A stretch of 61,903 bases of DNA. Source: an uncultured Bacteroidota bacterium. Its GTDB lineage: Bacteria; Bacteroidota; Bacteroidia; Bacteroidales; WCHB1-69. The notes below the pieces were generated by a model that had not been told where the DNA came from, did not search any database, and saw nothing but the letters and a program-made list of their open reading frames with translations. Both the position numbers and the translations under genes were made by a program. Shown piece by piece: positions 16,193-25,700 of the stretch. The DNA lies in the NCBI GenBank assembly GCA_902770735.1, contig CACXUB010000002.1, positions 1 through 61,903 on the forward strand. The letters run 5' to 3'. How positions within the stretch are numbered: the stretch's first letter is position 1; each line of letters begins with the position of its first letter.

Positions 16193-17508
16193 CCAAAATA
16201 ATACCGCACCACCCACGTCTTCAGAAACAGCTGCAGCTTCGCGTTGAGCAGTTCGGCGGTGGCGTTCAGGTGGTTGTCGGCGACGGTCCGGTAGTCGAGG
16301 GCGGAGATGAGTCCCTGCTCGAACTGTCTGGCACTCAGTGTGTAGAGCTGTTGCTGGAGGGCGGCGTGCTGCTCGGCCTGACGAAGGGCGGCGGCTGCCC
16401 CGTTGCGGTCGGCGAGAGCGCGGTGGATTTCGGCCTCCACGGTCTGCCGGGCCTGTGCGTATCGTGCTTCCGCACGGTCGCAGTCGTTGCGCCGCCGCGC
16501 GATTTCCGTCTGCCGCGACAGCCGGTCGTAAATCGGGATGCTCAGCGACAACTGCACGTACTCGCCGCCATTGTCGGAGAGTTGCCTCCAGTAGGGAACG
16601 GGCACGTAGTCAGCACGCCCCGGGTAGGTGAAATAGGTCGAGGACCATCCGCCATACAGCGACAGCGACGGTAGCAGCTGCCAATTCGCGGTTTTAAGGG
16701 CGAGGCGGGCGGTCTGCCGCTCATTTTCGGCTATGATTACGGCCGGCAGACGCTCCGCCGCCCGACTCACCTCCATTGCACGCACCGCATCCGACAGCAC
16801 CGTATCCGTCTCCACATCCGTGACGGAGAACGGCTGTTCTGTTGGATATAACATAATGTCTTTCAACGTGATATAGGCATTCTGAAGCAGATTCTCACAG
16901 ACGATGAACCTGTACCTGCGGTCGGAGAGGTCTGCCTCCATCTGCAGCACATCCGCCGGCGATTTCTGTCCCAACTCCTTCTGCCGTTGCGCGAGCCGCA
17001 AGGCCGTCTCCGCCGTCTCCGTCTGCGACTGTAGCGTTTTCAACAACTCCGTGTAATAGAGCACATTGCAGTAGGCCTCCATCGTGGCGAGACGGATCCG
17101 GTCTTCGCTCTGCTGGATTTTCGTCACGCCCGTCGCCTCCGCCAGTTTCGTGATTTTCAAGTTGTTGACTGCTCTGAATCCGTTGAAGAGGGTGATGCCG
17201 GCAGAGACACCGTAACCATTGTGGAAGGAGGTGGTGGTGCTGTAGGTGTTCGTCTCGGGGTCGATGGAGCGGCCGAAGTTGGAGTAAGCGTAAACATCGC
17301 CGCTGATCACCGGGGTGAAGGCGTTGAGGATAGCGTTGCGGCGGGCTAACTGCGCGTCGCCGAGGTCGGCCTGCAGCACGCGCATCTCCGCAGAATGCGA
17401 CAGCGCGTAATGGATGCAATCGCGCAGGGTCATCACCGCCGTGTCCTGCGCGTTTGCCGTCCCGCACAAGAGCGTCATCAATAAGGCTATGGTCGTTCTT
17501 CTTGACAT
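16180..17508 (-). CDS. TolC-family outer-membrane efflux protein
   Basis: Trimmed to MSRRTTIALLMTLLCGTANAQ (signal peptide, ATG 17506-17508). Two internal OEP-type repeats. Confidence 0.85.
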   Translation of the reverse strand: MSRRTTIALLMTLLCGTANAQDTAVMTLRDCIHYALSHSAEMRVLQADLGDAQLARRNAILNAFTPVISGDVYAYSNFGRSIDPETNTYSTTTSFHNGYGVSAGITLFNGFRAVNNLKITKLAEATGVTKIQQSEDRIRLATMEAYCNVLYYTELLKTLQSQTETAETALRLAQRQKELGQKSPADVLQMEADLSDRRYRFIVCENLLQNAYITLKDIMLYPTEQPFSVTDVETDTVLSDAVRAMEVSRAAERLPAVIIAENERQTARLALKTANWQLLPSLSLYGGWSSTYFTYPGRADYVPVPYWRQLSDNGGEYVQLSLSIPIYDRLSRQTEIARRRNDCDRAEARYAQARQTVEAEIHRALADRNGAAAALRQAEQHAALQQQLYTLSARQFEQGLISALDYRTVADNHLNATAELLNAKLQLFLKTWVVRYYFGIKN

Positions 17509-17530
17509 GTTTTTACCTTTTTTTCCCGTT

Positions 17531-17558
17531 GTAGAGACGTTGCGCGCAACGTCTCTAC
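17531..17558. repeat. 28-bp perfect palindrome GTAGAGACGTTGCG/CGCAACGTCTCTAC
   Basis: 14/14 arm pairs. Lies in the predicted 5' leader of tolC. Confidence 0.9.
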
Positions 17559-17574
17559 GGTTCACAAAAAAACG

Positions 17575-17591
17575 ATGCCAAAAGGATGCCA
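17575..17591 (-). promoter_or_regulatory. Candidate sigma-54 (-24/-12) promoter for tolC-hlyD
   Basis: Minus strand reads TGGCATccttttGGCAT. GG-N10-GC spacing is correct, with 5/6 match at -24 and 4/5 at -12 to TGGCAC-N5-TTGCW. Lies 67 nt upstream of the tolC ATG. Confidence 0.45.
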
Positions 17592-17644
17592 AAACCGTAA
17601 TGTGCTGGTTGTGAAATGTTCAGCGAAAGAAGGCGAAAGGGAAG

Positions 17645-17683
17645 TGTAAGAAAATCTTACAACGGCTGTAAGGGATTTTTACG
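17645..17683. promoter_or_regulatory. Tandem 17-bp palindromes (putative enhancer/UAS sites)
   Basis: TGTAAGaaaatCTTACA (17645-17661, perfect arms) and TGTAAgggatttTTACg (17667-17683). Centres are 22 bp apart. The proximal centre is 62 bp from the -24 T. Confidence 0.45.
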
Positions 17684-17753
17684 TTGCACTTTTTAACTCA
17701 TGTCTTTGAATAAAAAATAATTTGATAACACACCGTTATATCAAAAAAAAGTG

Positions 17754-17761
17754 TATTTTTG
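17754..17761 (+). promoter_or_regulatory. Bacteroidetes -7 box (TATTTTTG) for tRNA-Glu
   Basis: Within AAAAAAAAGTGTATTTTTGC, 16 nt before the tRNA. Confidence 0.6.
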
Positions 17762-17776
17762 CCGCCGATTTCAACT

Positions 17777-17848
17777 GCCGCGTTCTTCTAACGGTTAGGA
17801 ATCAAGATTCTCAATCTTGCAATATGAGTTCGATTCTCATACGCGGTA
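17777..17848 (+). tRNA. tRNA-Glu (anticodon CTC)
   Basis: Hand-folded cloverleaf: acceptor GCCGCGT/ACGCGGT, anticodon arm CAAGA-TTCTCAA-TCTTG, T arm ATGAG-TTCGATT-CTCAT. 72 nt, no encoded CCA. Confidence 0.75.
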
Positions 17849-17855
17849 CTAAAAG

Positions 17856-17888
17856 CCACCTTTCTTGCGAACAGGTGGTTTTTTTTTT
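17856..17888 (+). terminator. Intrinsic terminator after tRNA-Glu
   Basis: CCACCT-loop-AGGTGG followed by a run of about 10 T. Confidence 0.7.
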
Positions 17889-17913
17889 GTCAAAAGATAA
17901 GATTATAATCAAA

Positions 17914-18903
17914 ATGAAAAAGTTAATATTTTGGATTCAGAATGCACGTGCATACGCACTGCCGCAGAGCGTACTGCCAGCATTGGTGGCCGTCTTCATG
18001 GCTGTCGGAAACGAGAATTTCTCCATCGGACTGAGCATTGCCGCTGTGTTCGGGGTGATGCTGGCGCACCTGGCGGTGAACCTCTTCGACGACTACTTTG
18101 ATTATCAGTTTCATAGCGAAGATGTCCGGCAACAGACGGCCGAGGAGGGACAACGTGCCCGCATCGCAAAAAGTCCCTACTTGACCTCCGGCGAGGCGAC
18201 TCCGCGACAGCTCTTCCTCGTGGCTTCGCTGTTTGCGCTTGCCGCTATATTGTTAGGTTGCATCGTTTTCATAAAACGCGGACTCACACCACTTTACATC
18301 GCCCTGGCCGCCGGTTTCCTCGGCTTTTTCTACTCCGGCAAACCCATCCGCTTCTGCTTCCACGGTCTCGGCGAACTGGTCACGGGCCTCATTTTCGGTC
18401 CCCTGCTGATGGCCGGCGTCCACTACGCGGCATGCGGCACCCTCAACGCAGGCGTGTGGGTCGTGGCGGTGGCCGTGGGTCTCTGGGTCGTCAACATCCT
18501 GTACACACACTCCGTCATGGAGATTTCCACCGACAAAAAAGTGGGAAAGAAAACCTTGGCCGAAGTCCTGAAAACCAAACCGTTGCAACTAACAGCTTCT
18601 GCAATCTTCAACTTCACTCCTTATATCATTCTTCTCATTTCGCTGATTCTCAAACATTTGCACCCGGCTTTTTCCGCCATCTTCCTGTTGCTGCCCCTCT
18701 CCGTCACGTTGTTTTATCTCCTCCACCAATTCTGCTACCACCCCGACCGTGAGTTCAAACGGCAGTGGTGGTTCGGTCCCATCGAACACTGGGACGCGAT
18801 TTCGGAGAACCACCTCGAATGGTTCGCCATCCGTTGGTTCCTGGCCCGCAACATCCTGCAATTCGCCAGCATCATCTTCATCGTCTGCTCCTTAGTGGTC
18901 TAA
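17914..18903 (+). CDS. UbiA-family prenyltransferase (MenA-like)
   Basis: Track ORF 17722..18903 overlaps tRNA-Glu. Trimmed to MKKLIFWIQNARAY (ATG 17914). Asp-rich motif NLFDDYFDY, about 8 TM helices. Confidence 0.75.
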   Translation: MKKLIFWIQNARAYALPQSVLPALVAVFMAVGNENFSIGLSIAAVFGVMLAHLAVNLFDDYFDYQFHSEDVRQQTAEEGQRARIAKSPYLTSGEATPRQLFLVASLFALAAILLGCIVFIKRGLTPLYIALAAGFLGFFYSGKPIRFCFHGLGELVTGLIFGPLLMAGVHYAACGTLNAGVWVVAVAVGLWVVNILYTHSVMEISTDKKVGKKTLAEVLKTKPLQLTASAIFNFTPYIILLISLILKHLHPAFSAIFLLLPLSVTLFYLLHQFCYHPDREFKRQWWFGPIEHWDAISENHLEWFAIRWFLARNILQFASIIFIVCSLVV

Positions 18904-18910
18904 CCCTCTC

Positions 18911-18939
18911 TGCCAAAAGCTAAAATCCAAAAGCCAAAG
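18911..18939. repeat. Heptad array GCCAAAA-GCTAAAA-TCCAAAA-GCCAAAG (reverse orientation of the TGGCTTT type)
   Basis: Lies between the UbiA stop and the tRNA-Arg promoter. 26/27 inverted match to 19730-19756. Confidence 0.8.
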
Positions 18940-18955
18940 TTATAAAAAAAAATTG

Positions 18956-18963
18956 TACTTTTG
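18956..18963 (+). promoter_or_regulatory. -7 box (TACTTTTG) for tRNA-Arg(CCG)
   Basis: Within AAAAAAAATTGTACTTTTGC, 12 nt before the tRNA. Confidence 0.6.
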
Positions 18964-18974
18964 CGCCCTGAATC

Positions 18975-19048
18975 GGCCCCGTAGTTTAGCTGAATAGAAC
19001 GTCAGATTCCGGTTCTGAAGGTCGTGGGTTTGAATCCCGCCGGGGTCA
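18975..19048 (+). tRNA. tRNA-Arg (anticodon CCG)
   Basis: Acceptor GGCCCCG/CGGGGTC, anticodon arm TCAGA-TTCCGGT-TCTGA, T arm GTGGG-TTTGAAT-CCCGC. 74 nt. Confidence 0.85.
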
Positions 19049-19063
19049 CTAAATACAGTCCGT

Positions 19064-19726
19064 ATGAACATCGAAAAATACGACGAAATCCGGGCTTCCC
19101 TGCCCGCCGGTGTGCGCCTGGTCGCCGTCTCCAAATTCAAACCGGCGGAGGACATTTCCGCGCTGTACCAACTCGGGCAGCGCGTTTTTGGTGAAAACCA
19201 CGCCCAAGAGATGCGTGCAAAACACGAACAGCTCCCCAAAGACATCGAATGGCACTTCATCGGTCACCTGCAGACCAACAAGATCAAGTACATCGCCCCG
19301 TATGTGTCTATGATTCACAGCATTGACAGTTTCGACCTGCTCAAAGAGGTCAACAAACACGCCATCAAAAACGAGCGCACCATCCCCTGTCTGCTGCAAT
19401 TTCACATCGCCGACGAGGAGACCAAGTTCGGCTTCACGCTCGAAGAATGCGAGGAAATGCTGCTAAACGAAAGTTTTCAAGAGCTAAAAAACGTTAAAAT
19501 CCACGGGGTAATGGGTATGGCCACCTTCACGGACGACCATGACCAGGTGCGCCGCGAATTTCACCACCTTCATCAGATTTTCGATGAACTTAAAACCCGT
19601 TACTTTTCGCAAAATCCTGATTTCAAGGAACTTTCCATGGGCATGACCGAAGACTACCCCATCGCCATCGAAGAGGGCAGCACCCTCATCCGCATCGGCA
19701 GCGCCATCTTCGGACCGAGATATTAG
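19064..19726 (+). CDS. yggS: YggS-family pyridoxal-phosphate homeostasis protein
   Basis: 220 aa. LVAVSKFKP (PLP lysine), FGENHAQE, HFIGHLQTNK, MGMTEDY, IRIGSAIFG. Confidence 0.9.
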   Translation: MNIEKYDEIRASLPAGVRLVAVSKFKPAEDISALYQLGQRVFGENHAQEMRAKHEQLPKDIEWHFIGHLQTNKIKYIAPYVSMIHSIDSFDLLKEVNKHAIKNERTIPCLLQFHIADEETKFGFTLEECEEMLLNESFQELKNVKIHGVMGMATFTDDHDQVRREFHHLHQIFDELKTRYFSQNPDFKELSMGMTEDYPIAIEEGSTLIRIGSAIFGPRY

Positions 19727-19761
19727 CTATTGGCTTTTGGCTTTTAGCTTTTGGCAACTAA
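19724..19761 (+). repeat. Heptad array TAGCTAT-TGGCTTT-TGGCTTT-TAGCTTT-TGGCAAC-TAA
   Basis: The first TAG is the yggS stop codon. Confidence 0.85.
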
Positions 19762-19780
19762 ACATTAAACTACCAAACTT

Positions 19781-21205
19781 ATGAGAAAGAAAACCACATT
19801 CCTGATTATCGCCCTGTTGATGGGCACTTTTGCCGTTTATGCTAATGACGGAGACTCGACGGCGGTTCAACGCGACAGGAAACCCAAACCCAAAAAAGAG
19901 AAAAGCGAAGTCCGCACCGGCTGGACTTTCGGTATCCTGCCCAGCGTGGGATACGATGCGGACAAAGGCTTCCAATACGGTCTGCTGAGCAACGTTTACT
20001 ATTTCGGCGACGGCTCCGTCTATCCCGAATACATCCACTCGCTCTACTTCGAGGCGGCCTACACCACCAAACGTTCCGGACTTTTCCGCTTCGCATACGA
20101 CTCCAAATTTTTGATTCCCGGGCACCGTTTCAACATCGACGTGTCGTATCTACCTGACGCACTGTGCGATTTTTACGGCTACAACGGCTATCAAACCGTC
20201 TATAACGGCGGCTGGGCCAAGAAGAAAAGCGACGATTACATCTCCCGCGCCTTTTACAAATCTCAACGCGACCTCTTCCGTTTCGTCACCGACATCAACG
20301 GGGAAATCGGCGCCGGGTGGTACTGGAACGCGGGACTCGGCGTCCTCGGCTACAAAATCGGTCCTGTCAACCTCGACATGATCAACAAGGGCAAAAAGCC
20401 GGAGAACATGCTGCCTTATGTGGACGGTCTTTACGACAAATACGTGAAATGGGGAATCTTGTCCCCGGCGGAGGCCAACGGCGGCTGGCATCCCTTCGTG
20501 CACGGCGGCCTTTCCTTCGACAACCGCGACCGCCAGCAAAACACCAAGAAGGGCATGAACGTGGATCTCTTTCTGACCTATTATGCTGGCTTTGGCGAAG
20601 ACAAGGATGCCAACAGCTTGATTTTCAACGCTTCCTTCCGGCATTTCGTGCCCGTTTACAAAGACAAAATCACGTTTGCCTACCGTTTGGCCACTCAGTT
20701 GGACGTTGCCGGCAATGCCCCGTTCTACCTCAACAATTACTACAATAACCTGTTCATACAGAGAGTATTATACGAAGGACTCGGCGGCGGAAACACGAAC
20801 CGCGGCATTCTTCGCAACCGCATCGCCTCCAAAGGCTACGCCTTCGCCAATGCCGAATTCCGCTTCCAAATCTGCAAATTCGACATCGGAAAGGAGCATT
20901 TCTTCATCGGACTCAACCCGTTTGTCGATATGGGACTGGTCCTGCAACCCTACCGCCTCGACAAAATCAACATCCTCGACAATATCGCGAAAAACGACCC
21001 CGACTTCGACCTCGAAAACCTGCCCGACTACATCGTTTTCGACGAAAGCAAGAACGTTTACCGTCCGCACTTCTCCGGCGGTCTGGGGCTGAAAGTGATG
21101 ATGAACGACAACTTCGTGCTTTCCGTGGACTGGGCGGTGCCATTCGACAAGCGCGACAATACTGGCATGGCCAACATTTACGTCAAAATGGGCTATATGT
21201 TCTAA
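19781..21205 (+). CDS. Outer-membrane beta-barrel protein, BamA/TamA (surface antigen) like
   Basis: 474 aa. Signal peptide, alternating beta-strand pattern, C-terminal ..YVKMGYMF with an aromatic terminus. Confidence 0.55.
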   Translation: MRKKTTFLIIALLMGTFAVYANDGDSTAVQRDRKPKPKKEKSEVRTGWTFGILPSVGYDADKGFQYGLLSNVYYFGDGSVYPEYIHSLYFEAAYTTKRSGLFRFAYDSKFLIPGHRFNIDVSYLPDALCDFYGYNGYQTVYNGGWAKKKSDDYISRAFYKSQRDLFRFVTDINGEIGAGWYWNAGLGVLGYKIGPVNLDMINKGKKPENMLPYVDGLYDKYVKWGILSPAEANGGWHPFVHGGLSFDNRDRQQNTKKGMNVDLFLTYYAGFGEDKDANSLIFNASFRHFVPVYKDKITFAYRLATQLDVAGNAPFYLNNYYNNLFIQRVLYEGLGGGNTNRGILRNRIASKGYAFANAEFRFQICKFDIGKEHFFIGLNPFVDMGLVLQPYRLDKINILDNIAKNDPDFDLENLPDYIVFDESKNVYRPHFSGGLGLKVMMNDNFVLSVDWAVPFDKRDNTGMANIYVKMGYMF

Positions 21206-21208
21206 TCA

Positions 21209-22219
21209 ATGAAAATATCTGAAAACCAAAACCTTAAAGATTACAACACCTTCGGAATGGAGGTTTTCGCGCGGCGTTTTCTGCAAATTGAAAACGCTGG
21301 TGAGGTGCCTGCACTGATCACCGAATATCTGCATCAGGAACCTTTCTACATCCTCGGCGGCGGGAGCAACACCCTGTTTACCAAAGACTTCGACGGCTCC
21401 ATTGTGCATCCGGTCTTCACCGGCATCGAAGTCGTGGAGCAGGCGTGGGACGCGGTGGTGCTGCGGGTGGCCGCCGGCGAACCCTGGGACAACCTCATCC
21501 AATACTGTATCCGTCACGAACTATTTGGCATTGAGAACCTTACGGGTATTCCCGGATGGGTCGGAAGCGCACCGGTACAAAATATCGGCGCGTACGGAGT
21601 GGAAGTCAAAGACACCATTCTGAAAGTGGAAGGCTACGTCATCTCCACCGGCAAATCCCTCACGCTAAGCAACGCGGAGTGCCGATTCGCTTACCGCAAC
21701 TCCATCTTCAAACAGGAGCTCAAACACGACTTTATCATCACCCACGTTTGGTTTCAACTATCTAAGAAAAAGCATTTTACACTCTCCTACCAGGGGTTGG
21801 CGAAGGCTCTGGAAGAGCGGGAACTGCCCTTGACGCTGCACAGTGTCTCCGACTGCGTACGGAAAATCCGCGACACCAAGCTGCCGGACCCGAAAATCGT
21901 GGGCAACGGCGGCAGTTTCTTCAAAAACCCGGTGATTCCCGAGGAAAAATACCATGAACTGCAGACAAATTTTCCCGATCTAGTGGCTTACGACGCACCC
22001 GACGGACTAAAGAAACTCTCTGCAGGACAGCTGATTGAGAAAGCCGGATGGAAAGGGAAGCGCTTGGGCAACGCAGGCACGTGGAAGAACCAAGCACTGG
22101 TTTTAGTGAACTACGGCGGTGCCACCCCGAAAGAAGTGCTGGAGGTGGCCGAAACCATCATCCATGATGTTAATTCGCTGTTTGACATTACGTTAGAGAT
22201 GGAAATAAACCGAATTTAG
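21209..22219 (+). CDS. murB: UDP-N-acetylenolpyruvoylglucosamine reductase
   Basis: 336 aa. LKDYNTFGM, ILGGGSNTLF, long-form C-terminal domain ..GGSFFKNP..SAGQLIEKAGWKG. Confidence 0.9.
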   Translation: MKISENQNLKDYNTFGMEVFARRFLQIENAGEVPALITEYLHQEPFYILGGGSNTLFTKDFDGSIVHPVFTGIEVVEQAWDAVVLRVAAGEPWDNLIQYCIRHELFGIENLTGIPGWVGSAPVQNIGAYGVEVKDTILKVEGYVISTGKSLTLSNAECRFAYRNSIFKQELKHDFIITHVWFQLSKKKHFTLSYQGLAKALEERELPLTLHSVSDCVRKIRDTKLPDPKIVGNGGSFFKNPVIPEEKYHELQTNFPDLVAYDAPDGLKKLSAGQLIEKAGWKGKRLGNAGTWKNQALVLVNYGGATPKEVLEVAETIIHDVNSLFDITLEMEINRI

Positions 22220-22336
22220 CAGAGGTGCAAAATTTTATGTCTCCGCAAGAAAAACGCATTCAACTTTCTATATTCGGAATTTATGTACTTTTGCCCGCGA
22301 AACGGGTCTAATACACCAGTTGGATATTTGGATAAA

Positions 22337-22735
22337 ATGAATAGACTTGGACATATCGGCAAAGAAAACCGGAGGAAACTGACCTTCGGCGTGATTTTAT
22401 GTGCAACTATGCTTTTGATGGCCGGCTGCGACCTTTTCCCGCGCAAGGAAAAGTTCGACAAAACGCTCCTCCCCGGCTATTGGGTGACCGGCACCATCCA
22501 CGAATACTACAATGAAGCCGGCACCGGCTACACGTGGGACACCGCCGACGATGTCACCGAAGAGGAGGCGCAACCCTTCACCTGGACGCTCGAAAAAGCC
22601 ACCCTGACCCAAATCCACCAGATGGAAATGGGCGGCAACATCCCGAAAACCTATACGGTTACAAAACTCAACGCTACGACGCTGGAGTACCATGACGATT
22701 ACGGAAAATATTACACTTTCACCAGGGAAAAATGA
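22337..22735 (+). CDS. Hypothetical lipoprotein
   Basis: Trimmed to MNRLGHIG.. because the longer ORF begins inside the TACTTTTG box at 22286-22293. Lipobox LLMAGC. ATGA overlap with the next gene. Confidence 0.5.
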   Translation: MNRLGHIGKENRRKLTFGVILCATMLLMAGCDLFPRKEKFDKTLLPGYWVTGTIHEYYNEAGTGYTWDTADDVTEEEAQPFTWTLEKATLTQIHQMEMGGNIPKTYTVTKLNATTLEYHDDYGKYYTFTREK

Positions 22736-25700
22736 AGAAACCGCTGAAAATAGGGCTGATCTCTTTGGGTTCGATTCTGCTGCTGATCATCATTGCAGCT
22801 TCAATCGCCCTTTTTTGCATTTTTTCACCTTCCAAATTGGCAAAGATTGTCAACAGTCAGGCAGACCGGTTCCTTACCTGCGAATTCCACATGGACAACG
22901 CCGGCCTTACTTTTTTCAAGACATTTCCTAAAATCGGACTGGATTTAGAAAATGTAGTGCTGAAAAATCCCCAGAATGCCGATGTCTCCGACACGTTGCT
23001 GTTTGTCAAAGACTGTTTGGCCACCCTTAACATCCGCGAACTGATCAAAAACAAACATGCGGAAATTAACGATTTTTCACTGGAGAATGGTTTGCTGAAC
23101 CTGTATGTGGATGAGAACGGAAATGGAAACTACGACGTTTTTCGCAGTAACGACACCTCCTCCTTCGACTACAGCATTGATTTGCAAAAAGTCAAAGCCA
23201 AAAACCTCGACATTCGTTATCAAAATGGCAAAGCGAAACAAAAAGCGGCGGCAAAAGGCGTTGACCTAACGGTGAATGGGAAATTCGAGAATAACAATAT
23301 CGAAGGCAAAGCGAAAATATATGCGGATAATCTTGTTTTCGCCATGAAAGATAGTACCGCGCTTTCTTTTTCCGGAAACGATGTAATGGTTTCCTACGAC
23401 GGTGTTTTCACAGATTTTAACTTGATTGACGGCAACCTCGTCGCAGATGTGAGCAACACTGTGCTATGCCACGATACCACGACATATCTCAACGGAATGG
23501 ACCTCACCGTTTCGTCAAATCTCCAAGCAGACTTGTCGGCATTGGATTTCGAACTCCAGGATACCCGCCTGAAACTTGAAGACCAGACACTTGACGTAAA
23601 CGGTTCGGTTGACATCGACACGCTAAGCAGCGACATCCATACAGATCTGCACTACGAAACCGGAAATTGGAATATTGATTGGATACTTCCGTTGATTCCT
23701 CGCTCCATCATCGGTAACACTTTGGATGACATGCAGATACACGGCACGCTCGCCTTGGAAGGGGATGTGAAGGGAACGCTCAGCGACAAAGAAACCCCGA
23801 AGGTCACTTCCGGCATCAAATGGACCGACGGGGACTTTGCCATGAAAGATCTTCCGCTCGATTTCACAAATGTGGAAGGTCATTTCGACCTGAACCTCGA
23901 CCTCGACAACCAGACAGATCTGACCGTCAAATCGCTGTCGGCCACCACCAGAAAGCGGAACAAAATCACAGCATCAGGAACAGTCAAAAACCTGTTAGGC
24001 AAGATGTTACTGAACATCCTCGCTACAGGAAAACTCCACGTCGCGGATTTCAAAGACTTCCTGCCCGAAGACTTCACCGAGTATGGCGGAAAAGCAGATC
24101 TCAAGGTGAACACGCAACTCACCTACGACCCGGAAAAGGAATTCACGGTTGACAATATCACCAAAGCCACCATCAACGGGCAATTCACGGATTTGAAAAT
24201 GTTGTATGAAGACACCATGTCCGTCTATTCGCCTGATTTACAGGTGGATTTGACCTTTCCTGTGACGGAAAAGCCGTATAAAATCGACGAATGGCTCAAT
24301 GCTAAAGTGAAAACGAGTGAACTCTCGATCCAAAACATCCGCACACGTGAGCGGAAGGAAATCAATGGATCTTCCATTCAGTTGGATGCCTATACCAACA
24401 ATCTGTTAGACAGTACGGTGGATCTTAAATTCGCCACAACCTATAAATTGAATCAGCTCAGTATGTGGGCGGACACGATTTCCGCACATCTTTCTAATCC
24501 TCAAGGGGTTTTCGTGTTGAAAAACATGAATCAAATGCGTTTGGATTACAACGGGAACAATGCCATAGTTTACGTTAGCAACTCCGGTCAATCCACAAGT
24601 TCCAAAAAGGGAAATCTCATTGACTTCTCTACGGACAAACTAAATCTGAAGGCGGAAATCGATTATAAAGACAACGAAGAGAATCCACTGTTGCGATGGT
24701 CTCCGGTGGTGAAACTACAAACCACGAATGCCAAAGCCGATATTCGGGATATCGCCCACGCCATAAAAATCCCGGCACTAGATATCGATTTCAACCCGAA
24801 GAAATGTGTGTTAAAAAAAGCAAATATCCAGTTTGGACAGTCGGCCGCCTCGCTGACGGGAACCATTACGGGAATTGAACCGTTCCTCCATGGCACAGGG
24901 CTGCTCAAAGGCAATCTGGATTTAGTCGCTGACTATCTGAACCTCAACGAGTTAATGGACCTTGCCGACGGCTTCGGAGCCCCAGACTCCCTTATAGAGC
25001 AGGCGGAGCAGTTAGAGGCGAAAAACGGAGATTCCCCGTTCATAGTGCCCTTCGGAATGGACGTCAATATGAAAACCACCATCAAAAAGGCACTGTATGA
25101 GGATGTGGAGTTCCGCAACATCGCCGGGCGCGTCTATGTGAAAGACGGCGTGCTGGTGCTGGAGGAGATGGGTCTCACCAACGATGCCGCGCGGATGCAG
25201 CTCACCGCCATGTACCGCACCCCGCGCATGAACCACCTTTTCCTTGGATTCGATTTCCATCTACTTGATATCAAGATAGATAAACTCATCGCCATGATTC
25301 CGGAAGTCGATACCATCCTGCCTATGTTGAAAGCCTTCAGTGGCAACGCGGAATTCCACTTCGCCGCCGAAACCTACCTCAAGTCCAACTACGACATCAA
25401 GTACTCCACCCTGCGGGGTGCCGCCGCCATCAACGGGCACGACTTAGTCGTCCTTGACAGCGAAACCTATAAAAACATCGCTAAAAAACTGATGTTCAGC
25501 AAGAAAACGGAAAACAAGATCGACAGTCTGTCCACGGAAATCACCATCTACAAGAACGAAATCGACGTCTATCCGTTCCTGCTCTCCATCGACAAGTACA
25601 GCGCCATCATTTCCGGACGCCACAATCTGGACATGACCTACGACTATAACATCTCGCTGGTCAAACCGATACGTATCGGACTGGATATCATCGGGTTGGA

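Noticed and set aside
17722-17913. N-terminal 64-codon extension of the UbiA-family ORF
   Set aside because: It would run through the tRNA-Glu promoter, tRNA-Glu itself and its terminator. The protein family begins at MKKLIFW (17914).
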